The position numbers and the translations under genes were made by a program. A model generated the notes under the pieces. It was not told the origin of the DNA. It did no database searches and was given only the letters and a program-made list of their open reading frames with translations. This document shows, one piece after another, positions 25,478-37,222 of a stretch of DNA of 64,000 nt. This DNA comes from Callorhinchus milii. Lineage: Eukaryota. Location: assembly GCF_018977255.1 (NCBI RefSeq), contig NW_024704743.1, positions 63,862,001-63,926,000 on the forward strand. Direction: 5' to 3'. Positions within the stretch are counted from its first letter, which is position 1; the number at the start of each line of letters is the position of its first letter.

Positions 25478-26014
25478 TACTGTATTTCTAAGTATCGTGC
25501 AGACTAAACTGGATCAAACTGGTTCTGGCCTTGCACTGATGCTCATTCAGCTGAAGCATCAAACCCAGAGTGTGAAGAGCTACTGTGGCTGGAAAAGTAT
25601 CTTCTTACTAATTGATGATGGGAGAGGATTCAGTGGAGATTCATTAATGTGGAACCACGGATGAGAGTTCTGTGGAGCATCCTGATAAATTGGATTTTTT
25701 TTTGCTGCAACAGAGAAGGCTCAGGGCGGAGGCCACTCAAGACAATCTGCCGCTCTGGGCAAACCTTCAGGGCGCTGCCTCTCTTCTTCCTCCTTTCTCC
25801 TTAGAAGTCGGTGAGGTCGATCACAGATCACTTGCTGGTCTAATGGTAAATCTGGGGCCCTCGCCTCTGCCTCTCCTATCAAATCTTAGTTGGTTTGGCT
25901 CACGACCTGAGGGTTGGGTTGGGTTGGCTGGTACGACAGCTATGGAGGTTGTGCCCTGGTCCTCAACCGCCTCTCTTTCAGTTTCTTCTGTACAAGGTAC
26001 TTAAAAGTGGGGCT

Positions 26015-26471
26015 TGTAAATTGACTTGTAGTGTACGTGTTAGAAGTAGTGATTGCGGATGCTGGTGAGGAATCGGGAGACTTGGTATTCGTACCCAAGA
26101 TGATATTGTGCATTTGCTGTGTTTGTTAATGCTACCATTACTGTTACTGTTCTTTTTAGCCGAGGGTTTAGTGTTGATCATTTCGCTTTTCTTTCCAGGC
26201 TTGTTGTTTGCACTTTTTGCCTTCTTTCTTGGTCTGTACTTGTAATCTGGATAGTCCACCATGCTTCATTTGCAGTCTTTCGGCTTCCCAGATAAAAGGG
26301 ATCTTATCAAAGTCTTTCAAAAACTTCAAACCCATGTTTGGAGATCTCAGTGTATGTCCAGTGAAATTTCCATGATTTTCCTCCTCTCTATCTGTGACCG
26401 CACCGTAAAGGCATTCATAGGTCTCTTGATGCGCCCACTGGGGTCTTACATCAGCTCTATTCATTGGCTTT
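26015..26471 (-). pseudogene. Decayed SoxC (SOX4-like) HMG-box gene fragment in the MOCOS intron
   Basis: Across frames: [73 protein letters not shown]; two stops and several frameshifting deletions. Confidence 0.9.
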
Positions 26472-26514
26472 CTCTTTTTTTAAAAAAAATTCAATTTGGT
26501 GGATCACTTTTCCA

Positions 26515-26746
26515 GGGATAATAATCCCTTCAAAAATAAATAAATAATAATAATAATTTGGTCACCCAATCTACGACTGTTTGTGGGAACACTGCTGTGT
26601 GCAATTGGCTGCCACATTTCGCCTACAAAATATACAGTCAATTCACTTTACAGTATATTCTGTGAAGTGCTTTGAGACGTCTAGAAGATGTGATAAGGCG
26701 CTTTATCAAATACAAGCATTATTATTATTATTATTATTATTATTAT
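26515..26746 (+). mobile_element. SINE lacking tRNA head
   Basis: aataatccct...(ATT)n. Confidence 0.85.
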
Positions 26747-27224
26747 CCCTTCTCCCACAAAACTGCCGCCCTAGTCAGCTATTTGATTTGCTTATAGCTA
26801 TTGTATGCAGCCAATTTAAATATTGACATTGTGCCATACGAACATAGGAAGATAGGAACAGGAGGAGGCCATTCAGCCCTTCGAGCCAAGCCTGTTCCGC
26901 CATTTAATTAGATCATGGCTGATCTATACCTCAACTAATCCTTTCAATTCCAATTTCCTGCTTTCTCTCAATATCCCTTAATATCCTGACCTACCAAAAA
27001 TCTATCAACCTCACTTTTGAAGGTGTCTAATTTGGGGCATTGGTAATCATATTCCTTAATAAGAAATCCCTTTAGAATTGCTGTCAAACAAAATGAACTC
27101 TTCTAGAAATAGATTGCATCCATAGCATAGTCCTCATGGGCTTGGTGTAAAGTACTTCCAATTACTGGAAAGAGTCCCCATTTGTGCAAGTTAGAATCCT
27201 TATTAATAATTACAATATCATACA

Positions 27225-28213
27225 AAATTACATTTGTAAAGCGCCTTTCGCGTCAGGAGGACATCTCAAGGCGCAGTCAGGGATTAGGACCCGAGCGTGG
27301 GGAGGCTTGGGATCAGGGATTGCAGAGAGGGTAGGAGTGTGGCCGAAGGCACGGTCGAAAGGAGGGTCTTGAGGCGTGCCTTGAAGGAGGCAAGGGAGGG
27401 ACAAGGCGAAATGTATGTGGGATGGAGTTCCATAGGGTGGGGGCAGGGAGGCTGAAAGCCCGACCACCGATGGGGGGGCGGGCCAGGCAGAGGACATGGA
27501 CCCTGCTGAGCAGAGGGAGTGGATAGGTTGATAAGGGCTTAGCAGGTCGGAGAAGTATGAGGGAGCAAGGCCATGGTTGGCCTTGAGGGTGAGGACGAGA
27601 ATTTTGAACTCGATTCTCTGAGGGATGGGGAGCTAGTTGAGCCGGGCAAGGGTGGGGCTGATGGGATCATGGAGCCTGGTGCGGGAGAGGACACGAGCTG
27701 CAGAGCTCTGGATGATCTGCAGCTTGTGGAGAGATAGTCAAGCCCGATTGTAATGAAGGCATGCATGAGGGTTTGGCGGCCTGAGGGGTGAGGCAGTGGC
27801 AGAGTCGGGCAATGTTGCAGAGGTGGGGAAAGGCAGAGTAGATCATGGCACGGATATGGGGGAGAAGGGAACAGTTGAGGATCGAACAAAACACCTAGAT
27901 TCCTGACTGGCTCGGTGAGGTGGAGTGCGCATCCTTGGATGGTGATGCTGTCGGTGCCTGAGGTGCTGAGGCTCTGGCACGAGCTAATCAGGAGGGCCTC
28001 GGTCTTGCTGACGTTCAGCTGTAGAAAGTTGGCTCTCATCCAGGAGTTGATGTCAGACAGACAGTCTGTCAGGACGTCAGGTGTCCTGGAATCGCGGGTG
28101 GAGGCAGAGAGATAGAGTTGGGTGTCATCCGTGTACATGTAGAGGTTGACCCCGTGTCTGTGGATGATGTCACCAAGGGGGAACATGTGGAGGTCGAAGA
28201 GGAGGGGACCGCG
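27225..28213 (-). mobile_element. L2 LINE fragment (RT C-terminal half plus 3' end)
   Basis: [34 protein letters not shown]. Confidence 0.92.
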
Positions 28214-28721
28214 GACACAGACGTAATTCCCGTAATACAGCAAATCAGACGCCGTTACTTACATGATAGAAATACAGCTGAGAACAGACGACGGCTATGA
28301 GATTGTAAAATATTTCACAGGGAAAGATCTGCAAGGTAGGGTGAATGAGCATGACATTGTTGATAGAGGAGTTATATAAAACAACTACAATAACTTGCAT
28401 ATATATTGTGCTCTTCTTGCCAGATGGCGTCTCAGAACGCTTTATAACATCTATTGAGAGAAGATAGAACAGCAGGAAGAAAGCTAGCTAAAACAGGGCT
28501 GTTCCCAGTCTTGCCAAAACACAGTTCAACAACCTCTTTTTTCTCTAACTATATCCCCTGGTAATAAACATTCAAGCATTCTGGCCTGAAATTCAACAAC
28601 AATTTCTCATGTTCACAGTCACCATTCTTTACAGTAAATCCTGTGAAGCGCTTTGGGACAATATTACAAGGCATTGTATCAAAACCAAGGACTTTTATAT
28701 TATGTAAGTTCTTAAATTTTA

Positions 28722-29197
28722 AGGCAGGCGGGAGACATGGAGCAGGCCAGAGCCTGCTGAGCTGAGGATGCGGACAGCTTGATAAGGGGTTAGCAGGTCA
28801 CTGAGGTAGGAAGGTGCAAGTCCATGGAGGGCACATAAGTATGCTGAATACATATTATATTGGAGTACTCCCAAATCTACTTCTCCAGCTGTGACTCTAG
28901 GTTCCCTGATGTTCTGTCAGCTTGTTTGTCAGACATCAAGGGCTGGATGAGTGCAAATTCCCTGCAGCTGAATGTCAAGACAGAAGCCATATCCCAATAC
29001 TCTGGAACTCTCTCCTTCAACTCCTCCGCCTTGCCCCCGCCTTCCCCATTTTCAGATTGTGCCTTAAGACCTACTCTTCGTCTTTGCCTACAGTGACATC
29101 CACCCTACCCCTGGTTCGATGTCAGATTCCACCGCTGTTAAGCGTTCCAAGATGCTACCTCGCATGAAGGGCGCTATATATATGCAATTTGTTGTTC
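28722..29197. mobile_element. Rearranged L2 mosaic (minus piece ~28722-28832; plus pieces ~28867-29197)
   Basis: Minus: LAPSYLSDLLTPY; plus: [14 protein letters not shown] then 3' tail. Confidence 0.75.
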
Positions 29198-30944
29198 TTG
29201 CAACTGTATAAGCTTTATTCAACAATTTACATCCAGCTGAGTTTTTACTTATCTGAGCTGTTCTGCTAAGTAAAAAATGGTATGTTTGTTCCTTTCACTG
29301 TATGTGAAACAAATTGCACCAGAGTTGCCTTAGGCAGCAATGTAAATGAGCCTGCGTAAATCCTGTGGAGCACTGCCAAGTACTAGTTAGCTCATGATCA
29401 TAAATTCTAATGCATAAGTGATTAAGAGCGCACAGATATCTTGAATTGGTCCTAAGAAACGGCCCATTGTGTTTCAAACTGGTTGCATTATGTTATGAGA
29501 TATGCTGCAGTTATGAAAGCTTCATATTTTTCTTCTCTATCACAAAACAATTTCCCAGTGTATCCTCCTGTAAATTACAGAGATTATGGTGCATTATATA
29601 ATGACAGTTCACACTGGTCAATCAATGGTCATTAACATGCTTTTTGTTTTACTGAGATCAAATGTATATAATAAAAATTGGAAGCTAAAAGAATGAGTGA
29701 AAAGCTATAATGTAATATGTTGGTTCAGATGGATATCTATAAACCATGTGTATTTTGTTCTTATGATCTGGGGCATCAAATGAATCTTGATATTAATTTA
29801 CAGGATTATGACCCACTCCAAATTTCCATTATTTTACCCACAAAATATACAGTGTATTCTATACACTGTATATAATACACTTTATAAAATACACTTTACA
29901 GTGTATTCTATGAAGCGCATTGAGGCGTCTCGAAGACGTGATAAGGTGCCATATCAACTGCAAGGATTATCATTATTATTCTTCTGTATATATTGGATAA
30001 CTTTTGAGGAACTTGATTAGTCAATACCAAGGAACCATTTGACAAGTCAGTATTAAAATGTCCTAAGTCTACCAGTAACCATTTTCTAAACTCGGTGTTA
30101 CATTTTCTTTTTCAAAAAAAAACTAAACTGAATGTTCTTTAGAGACTGGTTATTCATGAGCAAGTTTTGACATAAGTAAAAAATCCTAATAACATATGAG
30201 CAAGAACGCATTTATTCTATTCCCATCAAATCCTCTCTTGCTGTTCCCTCACATGGTCATGTCATAAAGCTCTTATATCGGTTGTGGAATTATACTACCA
30301 ACGGTCTGTCCATAAATGAGATTACCACCACCACCATCAACAACAAGAAAATTACATTTATAGAGCGTCTTTCACGTTGGGAGGATGTCCCAAAGCGCTG
30401 AACAGTTAGCGCTGCCACCAATAATGGAGGCATTTATCAAATATGGGGAACCTCTTTTATAGCACCCTTCAATATAGAGCTGTCTCTCTTATAGTGCAGG
30501 TATAGTGTGGAAGTAAACCCAGCCTCTGATACTAACTAGTTGGCTTCCTGCACTAGATAATTGCTGAGTTTTGGTTCGTCAGACCACCATTGCAATCACT
30601 TCTTATGGCCAATCCTCAGGAAGTGCTACTCACCTCACTTGCTGTGCACCCTACATACACAGGAAACACCAGAAATAGGACATTAGGCTTATCAAATCTG
30701 CACTTTTCATCACATGAGGGACTTCATCTAATCCTACTCATCTGACCATTCTCCATTAATATCCTTTTTTATGCATATGTATAATTTCCTTTAAAATGAT
30801 TCTTCCTTTTTATAGTCCTTTGTTAAGTACGAATATAATTTCTTATAAAATATTTTGTGTGTTTTATATTTTATATTTCAATATGTATTAATTGTATTTT
30901 TACATTAAAATCTGTCTGCCGTTCCAGAACTTATCGTCATAGTC

Positions 30945-31590
30945 AATACAGATAAATGCAAGGTATTGCATATAGGAAGTAAAAACAGGAGATACATGCA
31001 CTCCAAGGATGGGATAGAACTTGCCAAAAGAGAAGCTCAAAGAGTCCTAGGAGTGTTAGTTGATTCATCGCCTAACATATCAAAACAGTGTGAGCTGGCA
31101 ATGAACAACACAAAATGAATGGTATAGTATTGTATAGTATTGCCAAATTAGTTGAGTTCAGATTTCCAGTAATAATACTCCCAACTGTACAGTGGTCAGG
31201 CTGCACCTCGTATTACATGTACAGTTCTGGACATCACAACGTAAGCGCATGCCCTAAAGATAGTCTAGAGAAGAGCAACGAGAATGATGTCCAGTGGTGG
31301 AAGAATGAGCTACGAGCAGCAATTAAGACAAGTGGGGTTCTTCAATTTTGAAAGAAGGAGCCTCAGAGGGGACCTTATAGAGGTAAGATTCTAAATGCGA
31401 TTGAGAAACAAAACTTGGTGTACTTTGAATATGCCAAGACAGCAGAACCAGAGAACACAGGTTTAGCATTATTTCAGGACAGACACCACAAAATATTTAA
31501 GACAAAGGGTAATTAAGGACTGAAATGGGTTTCTAAAAATTATGCTTGACGCTAGAACGCTGGACTCATTTAGAAAACAGTTTGGCAGGG
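30945..31590 (+). mobile_element. Old CR1 ORF2 C-terminal fragment
   Basis: gataaatgcaaggtattgcatatagga (DKCKVLHIG); ctcagaggggaccttatagagg (LRGDLIE). Confidence 0.75.
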
Positions 31591-32984
31591 TGACTATTCT
31601 GGGAAGGTGGGAACAATTATATCAAACGTGGCTTCATCTTAACCTCTCGTGCTCTTGTGAGATCTTATGAATGCTATTTATCCTCCTTATAAGATCATCT
31701 GATTAAGAAACTTGATGTCATCAGCAAAATGTATTGCAAGGACAACAACAGAAAAAAAGAGAGAAACGTCAAATTGAATCTGTAATAACAGAAATGCTGG
31801 CGATGCATTGCAGATAAGTCAGCATCTGAAAGTGAAAAACCTAGAATAACATTTTTATCAAAAACAATTTCTATCGATTTTTATCTTTAAGATGTTGATT
31901 GACTGTGGATTTCCAGCATTTCTGTTCTTTTCTGTTCAGCCTAAGGAATATTTTCCTTAGTAATCTATACATTTGATACTAGATGTAGCTGTCTGTTGCT
32001 TTTGTAAGATACATAGCCTTTGACTGGTGAGGCACATCTGTGATATGAAAGCAGCTAGTGCAAAGTATCCAATTAAGGTAAGCTTTCAAAGTTGAAAATA
32101 ATCTGTGCTGGCCTGCTAAGTCACCATTCATAATGCAAAACAGGGCAACTACTCAATTTGTAAAACTGGGAATAACATACAATTCATGTAAGTTTCATAG
32201 GTATCTTTTCGACTGCAATTAATTTGTCCCAGAATGTTTGTATTTTTTTAAAAGTAGCGCCTGCAAAACCTGGTTCCATTAAATCAAATTGCCACAATGC
32301 TATAGTGTGATTGCATGTATTATTCAAATGGCCTCCAACATGTTGTATGTGAGTGGATCATTAGTATGACATGCAACTGAGCTATATTGAGCCATGTGTC
32401 AGCCTGGCTCAGTTGGTAGTATTCTCGCTTCTTGGTCACAAACACACCATGGACGGGATGGACTTTGACGAGGGGGAAGCTGAAAGACATCTCTTCCGAA
32501 GAGTATTAGGCAAAGGAGGCAAGAGCCAAGGCGTGCGGATCCCAGAGTGTGCGTTGGGGTACTGCTGGAGTTTAACCAGCTAAAACCACATAGCTTGCCA
32601 TTGATAGCACTGGCTGGCAAGCTTCCCACTGCTTGTCCAGCTAGGACCACTCTATTCCTTAAGGCTTGGGCTTGGAGGATTAACAGGAGCTGTGTGGGAA
32701 GGATATCTGCCCGCAGTATCTGGTCTGTCCTTTCAAGTCCTACCAATGATCCTGTTCTGTTAGCAGTGCCTTGGAGCATTCTGGACCTGCCTATCTCAGG
32801 AACTGAACTAGCAAGTCCAAAACTGGTTTAATGATATCAAATGGACAAAAGTTAGATTTTATTCTGGAAGGATACGATTGAATGGGCTGAGTGCCTCCTT
32901 CACCCTAAACTACTCTTGTGATCAGACAAACTAAGCTTATTTGCATACAACTTGGCAGTCCTTTTAACTTGGTAACAATAACAT

Positions 32985-34210
32985 CAGAACATAAGAAATG
33001 CTAGACGAAAAAAGACCAAGGTCCATCTAGTTTGCCTTCCACCTTCCTGGTGGTCCATCCACATATGTCCCAAACTATCTATGTACGATATACCATAATA
33101 TTATTTCCTAAAAGAAAACTATCTAATCTGTGTTTGAAAGAATCAACACTTCCTGCTGCAACTGTCTCCTTAAGTTCAACAGGTTCATTATTCGCTCACT
33201 GAAATAGTGTTTGTGTAGATTTGTTCTGAATTTCCCCCCCATTCAATCACAGGCCATGTTCTCTGGTTTTACTCTTCTGGACAAATTGAAACAGTCTGTC
33301 ATGATCTACATTAAATGTTAAATGTAATGTAATCTATATTACATATATTATATATATTACATTTAGCCCACAAATATACAGTCAATTCACTTTACAGTAT
33401 ATTCTGTGAAGCGCTTTGAGACGTCTGGAAGACGTGAAAAGCCCTATATCAAATGCAAGGATTATTATTATTATATTACTATATATTGTCTTGCCCCTTT
33501 AGAATCTTAAGGACATCAGTCATGTTGCCTCTCAATCTTCTCTTTTCCAGCATGAACAAGCCCAATTTACTTAGTCGCTACTCATAGTCCATTCCCTCAA
33601 TCATTTTGGTTGCCTTCCTCTGTATCTTCTCGATTTCTCTAATATCCTTTTTGTACTGTGGCGACCAAAACTCCACATACTACTCTAAGTATGGTCTCAC
33701 GAATGATTGATACAGTGGCAGGATTACCCCACTATTTCAGCTTGCTATTGATCTTTTGATGCATCCCAACATCTGGTTTGCTTCACTCACCGACACACAG
33801 CATTGTTGGGAGAGCTTCAATTTATTGTCAATCAGGAGCCCCCAGGTCCTTTTCATTTTTCATACATATTATTTTCCTTCCATTCAAATAATAGTTCCTT
33901 TCAGGATTTTTTGTCCCCATGTGAAGTACTTTACATTTCTGCACATTGAATTTCATCTGCCAATGATCTGCCCAATTTCCAAGTATGTTCAAATCCTTCT
34001 GTAAGCTATCTTGTTCAGCTTCACAATCTATCACCTTTATTAGCTTGGTATCACCTGCAAACTTAGCCACTGTCCTTGCGACTCCTAGTTCCAGATCATT
34101 TATAAAAATATTAAACAAGATGTCCCAAAACAGACCCTTGTCTAACTCCACTGGTAACATTTTCCCAGTCTGATGACATTCCCTATATCACCACTCTCTG
34201 GGTTCTTGCT
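32985..34210 (-). mobile_element. CR1 LINE fragment, interrupted by SINE 3' piece at ~33365-33473
   Basis: LFNIFINDLE, KFAGDTKL, WQMKFNVQKCKVLH. Confidence 0.88.
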
Positions 34211-34329
34211 TTGGAGAACTCAATATTATAAATGTCTAAAACATAATATTCTGGTGCTTGTTTAACAAATACAAAGTTTCATCAATTTTGAAAAATAAAA
34301 GATCTTTCCATGCTGAATGGATTTCATAT

Positions 34330-34638
34330 GGCGTCGTGTAGCTCAGTGGTTAGAGTACTTGCCGAGCAAGTGAGAGATCTGGGTTTGATTCCCGGCAGGG
34401 TGAAACCTTGGGTAAGTTTCCTTACTCCACACGCCTGATAATAATCCCTCAAGAAAAAAAACAATAATAAGCTGGTCACTTCGATCCACGACTGTTTGTG
34501 GGACACTGCTGTGCACCATTTGTTTGCTGCGTTTCACCCACAAATATAGTCAATTAACTTTACAGTATATTCTGTGAAGCGCTTTGAGATGTTTAGAAGA
34601 CCTGAAAAAGCTATATCAAAATGCAAGGATTATTATAT
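34330..34638 (+). mobile_element. tRNA-headed SINE, diverged full-length
   Basis: gtagctcagtggttagag...gcaaggattatta. Confidence 0.88.
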
Positions 34639-35204
34639 GATCTTTAACATAAGAGCTTTTAATGTGATCAGGAGTGACTTTGTCTACAATGCAGTATTAA
34701 GGGATGGGGGGATCAAATATCTACATCCATGTACTGAATGGACTGCTGATGGAGATTACACAATCTATCAATTTGGTGTGCACATATTTCATTAAGAGTG
34801 GAGATGTTTATGTGAAGGTTTATTTACATCTATATCTCCAAATTATAAGGTCCTCATTTAGACATATATGGCTGAATGTAATCAATGTAATTAAAATGAA
34901 TTTCTATTGAAGTCTCATGTCATAAAACATTTTCCTCCATTAACTTGTGCTATTGTCCAACTGCAAATTTCAACGCGGGTAAGATATATCAAAAGCTAAG
35001 AACAGTCACAACACACTTAGAAAGTAACTACTGTTGCCAGAATAATTGTAGGAACAATAGGACAATCTTTAAGACGCTTAGTTCTTTATGTCAGTTGAGC
35101 TGTCAAGAAGGTGCTGAGAGCAGATGAAGCAATTCCACATCAGAAGTGTCTGGAATTGAAGAAAAGTTGTAGACAGACTCAACTTGTGCTATGTGCTGGA
35201 GTGA

Positions 35205-35865
35205 CGTTTTGTGTACTGAGATTTCAGCGGAACGTGCCTGGGCTTTAAGGGAGCGGAGGTGGCTGGTGTACCAAGGTGATTTGCATGAGTAGGAGACAGT
35301 TTGGGAAGAGAGAGGAGCGAGGGAATCGAAAGTGGAGGAGAGGGAGCTGTGGAGAAGAGTGACCGAGGAGGATAAGTCATTGCGGAAGGATGCCCAGCGG
35401 GGAAGGAATTCAGATGACTCCAATGCAGCCGAGGGGGGGGGGGGGGGGGAGAGATTTTTTTCGAGGGGTGGTATGAGATGGAGGTGGCTTGGGTGGCAGT
35501 GGGGAGAGGGATTGAGGAGTTAAGGGAGATGAAGTGATGGTCCGAGATCGCTTTGTCGATGATGGTGAGGGCCGAGATGGTGAGGCCCCGAGTGATCATC
35601 AGGTCGAGGGGCTGACCGTGGACGTGGGTGGTGGAGTGGATGTGGAGGGAGAGATTGAGGGAGGAGATAAGGGAAGAAAAATCAGGGCAGGTAGAGCAGG
35701 AGGGGGTGAAGTGAAGGTTGTAATCGCAAAGGATGAGGAGGCATTCAGAGCAAAGGGTGAGGGAAGATAGGAGGGTGGAGATGTCAGAGATAAAGGTGGG
35801 GGAGGGCTTGTGGGGGGGGCGGTAGATAAGGAGAATTTTGAGGGAAAGGTTGGAGTAGAGATAGA
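35205..35865 (-). mobile_element. L2 ORF2 APE endonuclease fragment
   Basis: LLIYRPP, THVHGQPLDL, ISDHHFI, SPWYTSHLRSLK. Confidence 0.88.
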
Positions 35866-35968
35866 GCATCTTTAATGTGAAGCAGAAATTCAGCATGGAA
35901 TGGAAGATGGTCACAAAATTAACAAAAACAGAATTATCTAGAAATAGACATTTTGCCACTGTATTATT

Positions 35969-36412
35969 CATAGAATCATAGAATTACACAGCACAGAAGG
36001 AGGCCATTCAGCCCATCGTGTCTGTGGCTCTTTGAAAAGAGTTATCCAAATCAATCCCACTCCTCCGCTCTCTCCCCATAGCCCTGCAAACTTGTCCTCT
36101 CCAAATAATTATCTATTTCTCTCTTAAAATTTATTATCAAATCAGCTTCTACCACACTTTCAGGCAATGCATTCCAGATCCAAACAACTCGCTGTGTGAA
36201 AAAATTTCTCCTCACCTCCCCTGTGTTTTTCTTAACAACTATTTTAAATCGGTGTCCTCAGGTTACCAGCCCACCCGCGAGTAGAAACAGTTTCTCCTTG
36301 TTCACCCTATTGAATCCCCTCATAATGTTGAAAACTTCTATTAAGTCTCCTCTTAACCTTCTATGCTCCAAGGAGAATAATCCTAACTTCTCTAGCCTCT
36401 CCTGATAACAGA
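35969..36412 (-). mobile_element. CR1 LINE 3' end
   Basis: catagaatcatagaa tail, gaaggaggccattcagccc; ORF2 C-terminus on minus strand. Confidence 0.88.
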
Positions 36413-37055
36413 AGGTAAATTATTGAGCAACTAATTACAAGAAATCCACAACAGGTTTTCCAAACCACTTTGCAATGTAATTGTTTCTCACGTAAATCTG
36501 TTTATACATATTTCAAGAGGCTGGTAAGATTTGTAAACAGCTTTGTAAGAAGATGAAATTATGAACTGTTCCATAGAATGAATCATCAGTCTGAAAACAT
36601 TAGTTTTCTTAACTGCGAAATAAAATATTATTTATAGGCACAACTTAAAAACCCTCCTTTACACTATTTTCATTGCTCATACTTATTTTTAGAAAACAAA
36701 CTATTCACAATATATCTTTGATCTTCCATTGCCTCAAGTAATATGTTTAGTGGTAAATCAGTTTGTGTCTCAGTGTAGTGTAAGCACATAGAGTTGTAGA
36801 ATCTTGGTTCAGATGCTCAATTCGCCAGATACAGTATCATGTTCCACATTTCAGCTACAGTATGTGGATGAAGTGCAGAGCAAAGGTGAGACATTTCTGA
36901 TAGTGAGGAAAGCAAATCCACTTCAAATAGTTTGAGGGTGACATTGGTAAATACTGATGATCTGGTTATTCTCTTGCTTAGAAGTGGCTCATTGCTACCA
37001 CAAAAGGAGGCAGAAACTCTTTGGATAGTAGTAATGCAAAGATTATTATAGTATG

Positions 37056-37222
37056 TAATAATAATAATACTTGCATTTGATATAGGGCCTTTTGATGTCT
37101 TCGAGACGTCTCAAAGCACTTCACAGAATATACTGTAAAGTGAATTAGCTGTATATTTTGTGGGCGAAACGTGGCAGCCAATTGTGCACAACAGTGTCCC
37201 ACAAACAGTCGTGGATTGAGTG
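37056..37222 (-). mobile_element. SINE 3' fragment
   Basis: Reverse complement of SINE body and tail. Confidence 0.85.

Noticed and set aside
32399..32779. 126-aa minus-strand ORF
   Set aside because: No recognisable domain or splice context; lies in a probable repeat
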